From an uncultured Alphaproteobacteria bacterium (GTDB taxonomy: Bacteria; Pseudomonadota; Alphaproteobacteria; HIMB59; GCA-002718135), in NCBI GenBank assembly GCA_902518895.1, contig CABYHL010000001.1:81038-145037 (forward strand): a stretch of DNA of 64,000 bases. The letters are read 5' to 3'. The position numbers were made by a program, and so were the translations under genes. Shown here in pieces: positions 18,644-27,560 of this stretch. The first letter of the stretch is position 1, and every line of letters begins with the position of its first letter. A model generated the notes under the pieces. That model saw nothing but the letters and a program-made list of their open reading frames with translations. It made no database searches and was not told the DNA's origin.

Positions 18644-19626
18644 TATATTTTTTGCTCCTGTCTATGTTTATATAAATTCCATGCTAGGATTGGTATTACC
18701 CCAATCATAATGACAATAGCTAAAACACTACCTCTTCCAGAATCTCCACCACCTCTAAACATCCAATCGTACATTAAATTAGCTAATACTCCAGTTTGCC
18801 ATTCACCATTGGTCATAGCAAAAATAATATCAAAAATTCTGAGAACAATAATTGTGATTAGAGTCCAAATGACAAGAATTGTTTGTTCTAAATAGGGTAT
18901 AATAATTGAAAAAAATATTTTTAATTCACTTGCTCCATCAATTCTTGCTGCTTCCAGCATTTCTTTAGGTATACTTCTTAAAGCAGCACTAAAAATTACA
19001 AGAGCTAATCCAGTCTGTATCCAAATCATTATCGCCATTAAAAAAAAATTATTCCATATTGGAATTGTTAACCATGCCTGAGGTTCATAACCAAGTGAAA
19101 CTATTATTGCATTAAGTAAACCAATTTGTGTATTATCTGGTCCTCGATACTCATAAATAAATTTCCAGATAACTCCTGCTCCAACAAATGAAATTGCCAT
19201 AGGCATAAATATTATTGATTTTGCAATTGAGCCCCACCAAATTCTATCTGCTAGGTTTGCTATAACTAAACCAAAAAAAGTACTTAATGTTGGAACAACA
19301 AGCAACCAAACAAGATTATTTAAAATACTTCTTCTAAATTCGGGATCATTTACAGCCCATTTATAATTATATAGCCCAACAAATTCTCTGCCAAATTTAT
19401 CATAGAAACTTAATCTAATAGTTTCAAAAACTGGATATAAAATAAATACAAATAAAACAATAAATGCTGGAGCTATAAAAACGATAACTCTTATGGAGTT
19501 TTCAAAATTATATCTTTTTACACTTCTCCCTCCATAACTATCCAAAAGATAATTTGAGATATGAAAATAAGTGATAAAAAATAATATTCCTAAAAAAACG
19601 ATGAATAATAAATTCAGGATAGTCAT
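18643..19626 (-). CDS. ABC sugar transporter permease, MalF/UgpA type
   Basis: EAA loop MLEAARIDGASELKIFFSIIIPY. 1-nt overlap with the downstream permease. Confidence 0.88.
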   Translation of the reverse strand: MTILNLLFIVFLGILFFITYFHISNYLLDSYGGRSVKRYNFENSIRVIVFIAPAFIVLFVFILYPVFETIRLSFYDKFGREFVGLYNYKWAVNDPEFRRSILNNLVWLLVVPTLSTFFGLVIANLADRIWWGSIAKSIIFMPMAISFVGAGVIWKFIYEYRGPDNTQIGLLNAIIVSLGYEPQAWLTIPIWNNFFLMAIMIWIQTGLALVIFSAALRSIPKEMLEAARIDGASELKIFFSIIIPYLEQTILVIWTLITIIVLRIFDIIFAMTNGEWQTGVLANLMYDWMFRGGGDSGRGSVLAIVIMIGVIPILAWNLYKHRQEQKI

Positions 19627-19640
19627 TAATGATTAAATAT

Positions 19641-19680
19641 ATAAAAAAAACAGGCGAACAAGTTAATTGTCCGCCTGTTT
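19641..19680 (-). terminator. Rho-independent-type hairpin between the SBP and permease genes (intra-operon attenuator)
   Basis: Minus-strand transcript reads AACAGGCG-N14-CGCCTGTT followed by TTTTTTTT. Located 11 nt after the SBP stop. Confidence 0.65.
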
Positions 19681-19690
19681 TACGGAGTAG

Positions 19691-21001
19691 TTATTTAATT
19701 GCGTCCCAACTGTCTTGGATTGCATCAGCAACATCTTTTGCTGATTTTCCATTGGTATAATCAACCATACCAGTCCAGAAAGTTCCAGCTCCAATAGCAC
19801 CTGGCATTAAATCAGAAGCATCAAATCTAAAAGTTGTTGCTCCAGTTAATATTTCTCCAAGTTTTCTAAAAGTATCACTAGCATATTTACTGCCATCAAC
19901 ACCTTTGTGAGGAGTTAAGAAACCTCCCTTAGCCATCCAATATTCGTGTGGCTCAGGATGCATTAAGAATTTCATAAATTCTATAGTTGCAGCATTGTCA
20001 TTTGTAGCTGCTACCAATGTTCCTGCTCCTAAAACTGGAGTGCCTAAATCTTTTCCAGCAAACGCAGGAAAGTAGAAAAAGTCATAATCTACACCAGCTT
20101 CAACACCTTCAGGAAAGAATGCAGGAATAAAACTTGCCTGACGATGCATCATACACTCAGCAGGAGAAGTAAATAAACCATTTGGAGCATCTCTGAAATC
20201 AGTTGTAGCAACTGCTTTTGATCCACCATTAACATAGCTATCGTTTAGAGCTATTGAACCAAAGAAATCCATTGCTTCAAGAACTCTTGGGTCATTGAAA
20301 GGCATTTCGTTTGACACCCACATGTCATAAACATCTGGAGAATGAGTTCTAAGCATTATGTCTTCCATCCAGTCAGTAGCAGGCCAACCTGTAGCTGCTC
20401 CAGAACCTAGACCAATACACCAAGGAGTATTTCCATCTGATGCCATCTGCTCAGTTAATGCCATAAGTTCTTCCATAGATGAAGGTACTTCATAACCATT
20501 ATCTTCAAAGTTATCTGGTGAATACCAAACTAAACTTTTTACATTAGTTCTGAAGAAGATTGCATTAAATTGCTCGTTACCATTTTCATCATCGTAAGTT
20601 GATAGATCAATCCATGATTGACCAGCAGCATAATTATCTAAAACCATTTGCTTAATATCATCTCCAAGAGGAACTAATCCTCCCATAGCTGCAGCATTAG
20701 CAGCTAGACCTGGTTGTGGAAATACAACTAAGTCAGCAGCACTTCCTGCTTTTAAATCAATCATTACTTGTTGTTCAAAACTATCTGAACCACCATATTC
20801 AAAAGTAGCACCTGTGGCTTTTTCAAATATCGCACCAACTTCTCTCATTATTTCTTGTTCCGGTGATAACCAAGGGCCAAACATTACTACCTTTTGTCCA
20901 CTAAGATCTGGACCAGTATATTTGTGACCTCCAGCATGAGCTGAAAAACTAAAAACAAAAGATAAGAAACTGATTAATAAAATTTTATATAATCTTTTCA
21001 T
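19691..21001 (-). CDS. ABC sugar transporter periplasmic substrate-binding protein (family 1; alpha-glucoside/AglE-like guess)
   Basis: Signal peptide MKRLYKILLISFLSFVFSFSAHA. GGAGG Shine-Dalgarno 4 nt before the ATG. First gene of the operon. Confidence 0.85.
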   Translation of the reverse strand: MKRLYKILLISFLSFVFSFSAHAGGHKYTGPDLSGQKVVMFGPWLSPEQEIMREVGAIFEKATGATFEYGGSDSFEQQVMIDLKAGSAADLVVFPQPGLAANAAAMGGLVPLGDDIKQMVLDNYAAGQSWIDLSTYDDENGNEQFNAIFFRTNVKSLVWYSPDNFEDNGYEVPSSMEELMALTEQMASDGNTPWCIGLGSGAATGWPATDWMEDIMLRTHSPDVYDMWVSNEMPFNDPRVLEAMDFFGSIALNDSYVNGGSKAVATTDFRDAPNGLFTSPAECMMHRQASFIPAFFPEGVEAGVDYDFFYFPAFAGKDLGTPVLGAGTLVAATNDNAATIEFMKFLMHPEPHEYWMAKGGFLTPHKGVDGSKYASDTFRKLGEILTGATTFRFDASDLMPGAIGAGTFWTGMVDYTNGKSAKDVADAIQDSWDAIK

Positions 21002-21043
21002 TATTCCTCCATATTTTTAATAAGATAAAATATATAATTTCAT

Positions 21044-21070
21044 ATTTTACCAAAACGTTTTGGTTGTCAA
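21044..21070 (-). promoter_or_regulatory. Candidate sigma70-type promoter for the SBP-permease-ATPase operon
   Basis: On the minus strand: TTGACA (21070-21065), 15-nt spacer, TAAAAT (21049-21044). The spacer is almost entirely the LacI-type palindrome. Confidence 0.4.
21049..21064. promoter_or_regulatory. LacI-family operator candidate
   Basis: Perfect 16-bp palindrome ACCAAAACGTTTTGGT with central CG, lying between the divergent SBP operon and the lacI-family gene. Confidence 0.6.
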
Positions 21071-21099
21071 TTCATTATTTCTCAGTTATTCATAATTTT

Positions 21100-22119
21100 A
21101 TGAATATTAAGGGATTGGCAAAAAAATTAGATCTATCAATCACCACAGTTTCAAGAGCTCTTGGAGGATATTCAGATGTAAGCGAAAAAACTAGAGAAAG
21201 AGTAAAAAAATTTGCCGATAAATATAAATACACACCTAACCCTTATGCTAGCACTTTAGCATCAGGTAATACAAAAACAGTTGGATATGTTCTTCCAATT
21301 TACGGAGAAAATACAAGTACTTTGAATCAGGGAAATTTTTTTCTTTTTATTTCAGGTATGTCAGAAGAATTACTTTCAGAGAGTATACAACTTCAGATTT
21401 TATTTGCAAAAAGTGAGAGAGAAGAACTAACAGCTTATGAAAAACTAATAACTGAACATAAAATTAAGAATATTGTATTACAAAATATAAAGACAAATGA
21501 TAAACGTATAGAGATTCTTAATAACTACAATATAAATTTTGTAGCTTGGGGAAAAACAAAAGAAAAAAGAAACTATTCTTGGGTAGATTTAGATAATGAT
21601 AATGCAATAAAAATAATTATAAATTATTTAATCAAAAAAAATCATAGTCATATTGCTTATATAAATATTTCAGAAAAATATAATTTTGCAAATGAGCGTA
21701 AATCATCTTTTCTCAAAAATTTAAAATTAAATAATATAAAATTTAATCCAAATTACTATGCTTCAGTAAAACTGGAAGAACCAGAAAAAAGTTTTGAAGT
21801 AATAAAAAAAATGCTTAAAAAAAATAAAAAAATCTCTGCAATAATTTGTTCAACAGAATTTTCAGCATTAAGCGCAATAAAAGCATGTAATCATTTAAAT
21901 TATAAAATTGGAAAAGATATATCTATTATTACTTTTGACGGTGCTCTAGTTAAAGATTTGAGCTCACCCCCAATAACTGCTGTATCTTTTCCAGTAAAAG
22001 AATTAGGTAAAAGAGCAATAAATATTTTGCTAAATAAAGGTAAAAGTAAAAACGAATCAGATAACTATTTAGCAAAGACAGAAATCATTGAAAGAGGCTC
22101 AGTCCATATTGTAAGTTAA
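21100..22119 (+). CDS. LacI family transcriptional regulator
   Basis: N-terminal HTH MNIKGLAKKLDLSITTVSRALGG, PBP-like effector domain. ATG 21100 chosen over the track's 21064. Confidence 0.88.
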   Translation: MNIKGLAKKLDLSITTVSRALGGYSDVSEKTRERVKKFADKYKYTPNPYASTLASGNTKTVGYVLPIYGENTSTLNQGNFFLFISGMSEELLSESIQLQILFAKSEREELTAYEKLITEHKIKNIVLQNIKTNDKRIEILNNYNINFVAWGKTKEKRNYSWVDLDNDNAIKIIINYLIKKNHSHIAYINISEKYNFANERKSSFLKNLKLNNIKFNPNYYASVKLEEPEKSFEVIKKMLKKNKKISAIICSTEFSALSAIKACNHLNYKIGKDISIITFDGALVKDLSSPPITAVSFPVKELGKRAINILLNKGKSKNESDNYLAKTEIIERGSVHIVS

Positions 22120-22136
22120 AATAATTTTTTGTTATT

Positions 22137-23132
22137 TTAAGAAGCAATTTCTTTGCGAATGTAATAACTATTATCTTTATGTTGTTTTATTATGGCCGGT
22201 ATTATTTCTTTATAAGCATCAAATAAGCTAGTGTTAGCTTTAGGTAGCTGATCTTTTATTAACTTACTCAGTTTTGGTAAATTATAAGAGGGTACAGATG
22301 GAAACATATGATGCTCAACATGATATTCCATGTGCCAATATAAAAAACTAAATATCGGATTAAAGCGTACTGATCTTGTTGTGTATCTATGATCCTTTAC
22401 ATTTTCTGGAAGACCAATATGTTGTGTTTGATTGAAAAGTTCAATTATATTTCCCCAGTATCTTGGAAAGAAAATTAATAACGCAGGAAGTGGATTCATT
22501 AAATATAGAGAAATTGCAAAAGACGCTATCCATATTGCAACGTGAATCCTTGATATAAGTCTGCATTTCCAAATTTCATTTTGGGGTATGCAATCTCTCA
22601 TTACCGGGGTTGTAAGTCCCATAGCATGTTTAATTGTTTCAAATTTCCATGAGTTTTTAAATTTTATTAACTCAGCAAATGGCACAAAACTAAACAGAAA
22701 ACTTTGTAAGGTTGGATATTGATGGAATAATGCAGCTTCGTAATCATGAGGGTCTGCTACTGAAGCAGTGTTACTATGATGTCTGAAATGACTCCATGTC
22801 CATCTTGTAGGCTCAAAATCAGTCATAAAAGAACCTATTTGATAAAAAATTTCATTTAAATATTTTGATTTGAAAGCTGTTCTATGGCCACATTCGTGCC
22901 AGATTGGATTACTTGCATAGAATAAAACTCCATACAACCATAACCATAGAACCGTCCACCATGTACCCCAAGTTGCGATAGACATGTATCCAAAGAAAAA
23001 TAGTAATAAGAAATATAAAGTAACATGTTGTAATCCCTTAAGATCACTTTTTTTTGATAATTGTTTTAAATCTTTCTTACTTATTTCAGCTCTAAACCAT
23101 TTATCATTTACATTATCGAGTTTCTCTTCCAT
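22137..23132 (-). CDS. Membrane fatty-acid-desaturase-family di-iron enzyme (paralogue 1)
   Basis: Three His boxes HECGH, HFRHH, HVEHHMFP with hydrophobic spans. Confidence 0.75.
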   Translation of the reverse strand: MEEKLDNVNDKWFRAEISKKDLKQLSKKSDLKGLQHVTLYFLLLFFFGYMSIATWGTWWTVLWLWLYGVLFYASNPIWHECGHRTAFKSKYLNEIFYQIGSFMTDFEPTRWTWSHFRHHSNTASVADPHDYEAALFHQYPTLQSFLFSFVPFAELIKFKNSWKFETIKHAMGLTTPVMRDCIPQNEIWKCRLISRIHVAIWIASFAISLYLMNPLPALLIFFPRYWGNIIELFNQTQHIGLPENVKDHRYTTRSVRFNPIFSFLYWHMEYHVEHHMFPSVPSYNLPKLSKLIKDQLPKANTSLFDAYKEIIPAIIKQHKDNSYYIRKEIAS

Positions 23133-23289
23133 GATTACTTATACTATTAATCTAGCAATATTTTAATACAAAATTAGCTATTTTTTGTCACAATGAAGAA
23201 ATTAAATGAAAAATAAAATTTTTAGATCTAAAATCAATTTTCCAAATTTATTGATTTTTTTGTCTTTTTAGATACGATATTTAAATAAC

Positions 23290-24015
23290 ATGATGAAAAT
23301 AGATAAAACATATTTTGAGCTAAATGGATATCTTGTTTTACCAAACATTGTTCCTAAGTCGACTTTAATTAAACTCAATAAAAATGCTGATCAAATGATA
23401 TATGATTTTAAAAAAGGTATTAACAGAAAACAATCAAATAATAATGATAGAAAAAAGCACGGTGATATTAGTAAAAATGGAAAGATATTTTTTGGTAACC
23501 AGTGTGAGTATTATCCACACATAAATGCATACGCAAAGGGAAATTTTATAAAAAATATCGTCTCAAAACTTTTGGGCAAAAAAATTTTTTTATTTAATGA
23601 ACAACTAGTAAATAAGAATCCAAATACACCAAGCTCTTTTAGTTGGCACCAAGACTCAGGTTATATTCATTTCAAACACAAACCTTATATATCTGTTTGG
23701 CTTGCTTTAACAGATACAAATGAAAAAAATGGAGCTTTGAGTATTATTCCTACAAATTTAAAAATAACAAAAAATGCAAAATCACATAAGTGGCAAAATA
23801 AATCAAAAGATTTAGGTATTAAAGTAAATGAAAAAAAAGCAATTCAGCTTTGTGTTAGTGCAGGAACTTTAATAATCTTTTCAAGCTTAACACCTCATTC
23901 ATCTAGTGCCAATATTACCAAGAAAAATCGTAAAGCATATTTATCTCAATACTCTTCTGAAAATATTATTGACCCTTTCAATGGTATTCAAAGAGGAAGA
24001 GCGTATTTAATGTAA
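23290..24015 (+). CDS. Phytanoyl-CoA dioxygenase (PhyH) family Fe(II)/2-oxoglutarate oxygenase
   Basis: WHQDSGY (HxD facial-triad region), distal His in LTPHSS, N-terminal F..NGY pattern. Confidence 0.7.
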   Translation: MMKIDKTYFELNGYLVLPNIVPKSTLIKLNKNADQMIYDFKKGINRKQSNNNDRKKHGDISKNGKIFFGNQCEYYPHINAYAKGNFIKNIVSKLLGKKIFLFNEQLVNKNPNTPSSFSWHQDSGYIHFKHKPYISVWLALTDTNEKNGALSIIPTNLKITKNAKSHKWQNKSKDLGIKVNEKKAIQLCVSAGTLIIFSSLTPHSSSANITKKNRKAYLSQYSSENIIDPFNGIQRGRAYLM

Positions 24016-24017
24016 AT

Positions 24018-24842
24018 ATGAAAAAAATTTATAACTTTGCAGGGAATCTTGGTTATAGAAATTATACCATCAAAGATCTTTTTGACAATAAAGGTAAAAA
24101 AAAACTTTCTCAAATAAATGTAAAAAATGAAGAGGAGGCTAATATTGCTATTGATGCTAAAGTTGATTTATTAATTACAGGTCTTGCTGCTATTAAAAAA
24201 GTGAGATCAATTGCAAAAAATAATTTTATAACAGTCGCAATACCTTTCACTGAGTTTAAAACGAATGATGAGATTTTAAAGGCAGCCTTAGAAGCTCTTA
24301 ATAACGGTGCTGATGCAATCTACACTGCAAGATCACCAAGAGTAGTTGAATATTTGGCAAAAGAGTCAATTCCAGTAATGGCACATTTAGGCTTGGTACC
24401 AAGAAAATCAATTTGGATTGGAGGACTAAGAGGAGTAGGAAAAACTGCATCGGAGGCTTTAAAGTTATTTGAAGAATTTAAAACGATGGAAAGTGCTGGA
24501 GCATTTGCTGTTGAAGCAGAGGTGATTGCAGATCAAACACTAAAATTTATTTCTGCAAATGTGAATTTAATTACAGTATCTTTAGGATCGGGAAACTACG
24601 GTGATGTAAATTATTTGTTTATGGATGATATTTGTGGGGAGAATGAAGAAATACCAAGACACGCTTTTAGTTTGGCTAAAATTTATAAATTAAGAGACAA
24701 GATTTACAGAGATAAAGTTAAAGCTGTGCATAAATTTAATAAAAAAGCCAAAAAAACTAAATTTGTCACATCTCGAAATATAGTAAAGATAAATAATAGT
24801 GAGCTTCAAAAATTTAAAAAAAAGGCTAAATTACTTAATTAA
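24018..24842 (+). CDS. PanB (ketopantoate hydroxymethyltransferase)-like TIM-barrel protein, divergent
   Basis: IPVMAHLGLVPRKS ... AGAFAVEAEV ... VSLGSGNYGDVNYLFMDD is collinear with E. coli PanB VPVCGHLGLTPQS ... AGAQLLVLECV ... IGIGAGNVTDGQILVMHD. The GDS, ADLPF and KIEGG motifs are not conserved. Confidence 0.6.
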   Translation: MKKIYNFAGNLGYRNYTIKDLFDNKGKKKLSQINVKNEEEANIAIDAKVDLLITGLAAIKKVRSIAKNNFITVAIPFTEFKTNDEILKAALEALNNGADAIYTARSPRVVEYLAKESIPVMAHLGLVPRKSIWIGGLRGVGKTASEALKLFEEFKTMESAGAFAVEAEVIADQTLKFISANVNLITVSLGSGNYGDVNYLFMDDICGENEEIPRHAFSLAKIYKLRDKIYRDKVKAVHKFNKKAKKTKFVTSRNIVKINNSELQKFKKKAKLLN

Positions 24843-24923
24843 TATAATTAAATATCCTTAAAAATTAGTATTTTAATTTAGTATTTTTTGTGATTAATTT
24901 TCCTTATTTTAGGAGGGTTAAGT

Positions 24924-26264
24924 ATGAAAAAAATACTATTTACTTTTATTTCTTCTATTTTGTTATTTTCTAATTCAGTTTTCAGTATGACACTATGGAC
25001 TACTGAAACACAACCAGGAAGAATGCAAATTCAAGAAGAGTTAATTGCAAGATTTACAGCAAAAACTGGAATTGAAGTTAAATTAGTTCCTCAGGAAGAA
25101 GACGAATTAATTGAAAAAGCTTCTGCTGCTTTTGCTGCAAATAGTTTACCTGATGTAATTTTTAATGCTGCGTGCGTTAATTTTTGTGCATGGGCTTATG
25201 ATGAAGGAGTATTCGATTCAGATGCTGCAACAGAAATTGTTAATTCATTAGGAATTGATACATATAGTGCAAAAGGTGTATTAGCTATGTCAGAGGTTGA
25301 GCCAGGAGTATATGCTTCTGTACCTTCAGGTGCATGGCCAAATGCTACTTACTATCGTATGAGCTATTACAATGATAATGGTTTAGCTACACCAACCAAT
25401 TATGCAAATATTTTAGCTGGAGCTAAAGCTCTTCATAATCCGCCAAATCGTTACGGGGCAATTGTTCCTACTGATGTTGCAGCTGGTTTTATGAGTCAAT
25501 GGATGGAAACTTTTGCTATTGCTAATGGATTACACCCAGTAAAAGAAGATGGATCAATTAACTTTGATAAGAAAAAAACTATCGAAATGTTAGAAACTTA
25601 TAAAGCTTTAGTTGAAATGTCACCTGAGGGTATTCATCACTGGCAAAATGGTAGAGACTTTTACGCAAGTGATGTTGTTCCATTAACTTTTTGGGCTTCT
25701 TATCTTTTAGATGATATTGCAGGAACAAGAGACAATGTTCCAATTATGGTAGATGACAATCCACAATCTCTAGCATTAGCACAAGATACTAATGTTATAG
25801 TAGGTATGGCTGGTCCTTCTAATCCAGATGGTGGAACATGGGTTGAAGTTCACAACTTTGGTGTAACTGTTGATGCTAATACTGATGAAGCAGCAGCATT
25901 CATTGAATATGTTATGAACGAAGAGTATGTTACTTGGTTAGGAATGGCTCCTGAAGGTAGTTTCCCTATTAGACCAGGACCAAATGCTGGTTCAAAAATT
26001 TTTATTGAAGAATGGGGTAATTTGCCAATTGGAGTAGATAGAAAAATTCCAATAAACCAAATCTATTCAGAAGAAATTATTGAATCGCTTATTAATGGAT
26101 TAGCTGTTGGTACAAGATGGGGTGCTAAAGAAGGCCAACTTCCTGTTGCGGCTAAGTTAGTAAATAGTGGATTAATGAATAGGCTGATGATGGAATATAT
26201 TAACGGCGATCGTTCTGCGGAAGATACTGTTGATATGCTAAATTCAGAAGCAGCAAAACTGTAA
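24924..26264 (+). CDS. ABC transporter periplasmic substrate-binding protein (family 1)
   Basis: Signal peptide MKKILFTFISSILLFSNSVFS. AGGAGG Shine-Dalgarno 7 nt upstream. Confidence 0.85.
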   Translation: MKKILFTFISSILLFSNSVFSMTLWTTETQPGRMQIQEELIARFTAKTGIEVKLVPQEEDELIEKASAAFAANSLPDVIFNAACVNFCAWAYDEGVFDSDAATEIVNSLGIDTYSAKGVLAMSEVEPGVYASVPSGAWPNATYYRMSYYNDNGLATPTNYANILAGAKALHNPPNRYGAIVPTDVAAGFMSQWMETFAIANGLHPVKEDGSINFDKKKTIEMLETYKALVEMSPEGIHHWQNGRDFYASDVVPLTFWASYLLDDIAGTRDNVPIMVDDNPQSLALAQDTNVIVGMAGPSNPDGGTWVEVHNFGVTVDANTDEAAAFIEYVMNEEYVTWLGMAPEGSFPIRPGPNAGSKIFIEEWGNLPIGVDRKIPINQIYSEEIIESLINGLAVGTRWGAKEGQLPVAAKLVNSGLMNRLMMEYINGDRSAEDTVDMLNSEAAKL

Positions 26265-26283
26265 TTTATATTAATTAATCTTA

Positions 26284-27558
26284 ATGGGCTCCAGTTCTTA
26301 TAAAAAAAGAATGGGGCCCATTGAAAAACAAGGAGTAGTACAAGCCTATACAATGCTTGTCCCAACTGTGGCCATTGTTATGGCTATTGTATTATTTCCA
26401 CTTATTGCTAATTTTTGGATAAGTTTTAAGGATGTTACTGTATCTGATTTAAGAATAGCTGAAATAAAAGTAACCGAAAAATTTCAAAAAAAACCAAAAA
26501 CAAAAGGAGATATTTCTAAAGTAGAGTATCGATTTAATAATTTTTCAAAAAGTTCAAATATAAAAAATGTAAACTTCAAAGATATTTTACCTAAAGGTTT
26601 AGTAATTAAAGAATTACCTAATAACTGTTCTATCTCAGATAATATAATAAACTGTCAATTAGGTGATTTTAAACCAAAAGAAAAAAAGAAAATAAAATTT
26701 GAAACAATCGCAGAGAATGATTATTTTATTAGTCAGGAAAATCCAAAAGATACTTCACCAATTGTTAAAGGAAAATCAGAAAATAGATTATTAAACCTTG
26801 AATTAAAATTAAAAAATTTTGAAGAAATATTTACTTCACCAAACTTTTGGAAAACTATTAGAATAAGTTTTGCGTATTCTTTATTCTCTGCAATTGGATC
26901 GTTAACACTTGGTATTTTAGCTGCACAACTACTTATGACCACTTTTATTGGCAGAGGTATAATACGAGGTATTTTTTTATTTCCATATATTGCACCAATT
27001 ATAGCCGTTACTATTACTTGGAAAATTTTAACTGATCCTTTTTTTGGAACAATCAATGGAATTCTTACGCAATTACAAATTTTAAATGAACCTATTAGTT
27101 TCTTACAAGTAAGAGATATGACAATTAATTTCCTAGGTTTTGAATTTAGTTTCCCAGTTGCTTTATCATTTGTTATTTTATTTGAGTCTTGGAGATATTT
27201 TCCTTTAGCGATGATTTTTATCTTAGCAAGATTACAATCTGTTCCAAAAGAACTTTTTGAAGCTGCTGAAATTGATGGTGCTACACCTTTGCAAAAATTT
27301 AGAAGTATTACATGGCCCTTAATTCTAGGAGTGTTATTTGTTTTGTTTCTTCTAAGATTTATTTGGACATTTAATAAATTTGATGACATTTTTTTATTAA
27401 CTGGAGGTGCCGCTGGAACTAAAACTTTAACTGTAGATGTTTATGAAACAGGTTTTAATATTGGTAATTTAGGAACTGGAGCGGCGAATGCAGTATTAGT
27501 TTTCTTAATATTAGTTTTTGCTGCAATATTTATAATAAGATTTTCACCGAAAGAATAA
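26284..27558 (+). CDS. ABC transporter permease, MalF type, with about 135-aa DUF11-like insertion in the first periplasmic loop
   Basis: EAA loop LFEAAEIDGATPLQKFRSITWPL. The insertion contains NVNFKDILPKGLVIKELPNNCSISDNIINCQLGDFKPKEKKKIKFE, resembling the DUF11 'conserved repeat domain' pattern. Confidence 0.8.
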   Translation: MGSSSYKKRMGPIEKQGVVQAYTMLVPTVAIVMAIVLFPLIANFWISFKDVTVSDLRIAEIKVTEKFQKKPKTKGDISKVEYRFNNFSKSSNIKNVNFKDILPKGLVIKELPNNCSISDNIINCQLGDFKPKEKKKIKFETIAENDYFISQENPKDTSPIVKGKSENRLLNLELKLKNFEEIFTSPNFWKTIRISFAYSLFSAIGSLTLGILAAQLLMTTFIGRGIIRGIFLFPYIAPIIAVTITWKILTDPFFGTINGILTQLQILNEPISFLQVRDMTINFLGFEFSFPVALSFVILFESWRYFPLAMIFILARLQSVPKELFEAAEIDGATPLQKFRSITWPLILGVLFVLFLLRFIWTFNKFDDIFLLTGGAAGTKTLTVDVYETGFNIGNLGTGAANAVLVFLILVFAAIFIIRFSPKE

Positions 27559-27560
27559 GA

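Noticed and set aside
24865-24887. Direct repeat TTAGTATTTT x2 upstream of the SBP gene at 24924, considered as a possible operator
   Set aside because: A 10-nt A/T-only repeat is expected by chance in about 30%-GC intergenic DNA, and no matching regulator gene is nearby.
26308-26322. Near-palindrome AATGGGGCCCATT at the start of the permease gene, considered as a possible post-SBP hairpin
   Set aside because: It is imperfect (four G versus three C), very short, and lies inside the coding sequence. It is not comparable to the perfect 9-12-bp hairpins after the other SBP genes.
26733-27389. 218-aa minus-strand ORF, plus other antisense ORFs in the track: 1102-1293, 2463-2669, 12755-12967, 17926-18141, 18710-18895, 22856-23047, 22984-23166, 26063-26365, 29062-29289, 29516-29701, 29867-30217, 30701-30883, 34248-34487, 36141-36440, 37256-37447, 40881-41222, 42588-42797, 43642-43836, 44143-44364, 44768-45106, 45121-45333, 45535-45723, 45808-46068, 46962-47186, 48337-48582, 48831-49031, 58040-58285, 58770-59018, 60240-60551, 61175-61378
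   Set aside because: Each lies wholly or largely inside a longer ORF on the opposite strand that has clear family motifs. Their translations are low-complexity or motif-free. They are shadow ORFs of well-supported genes.
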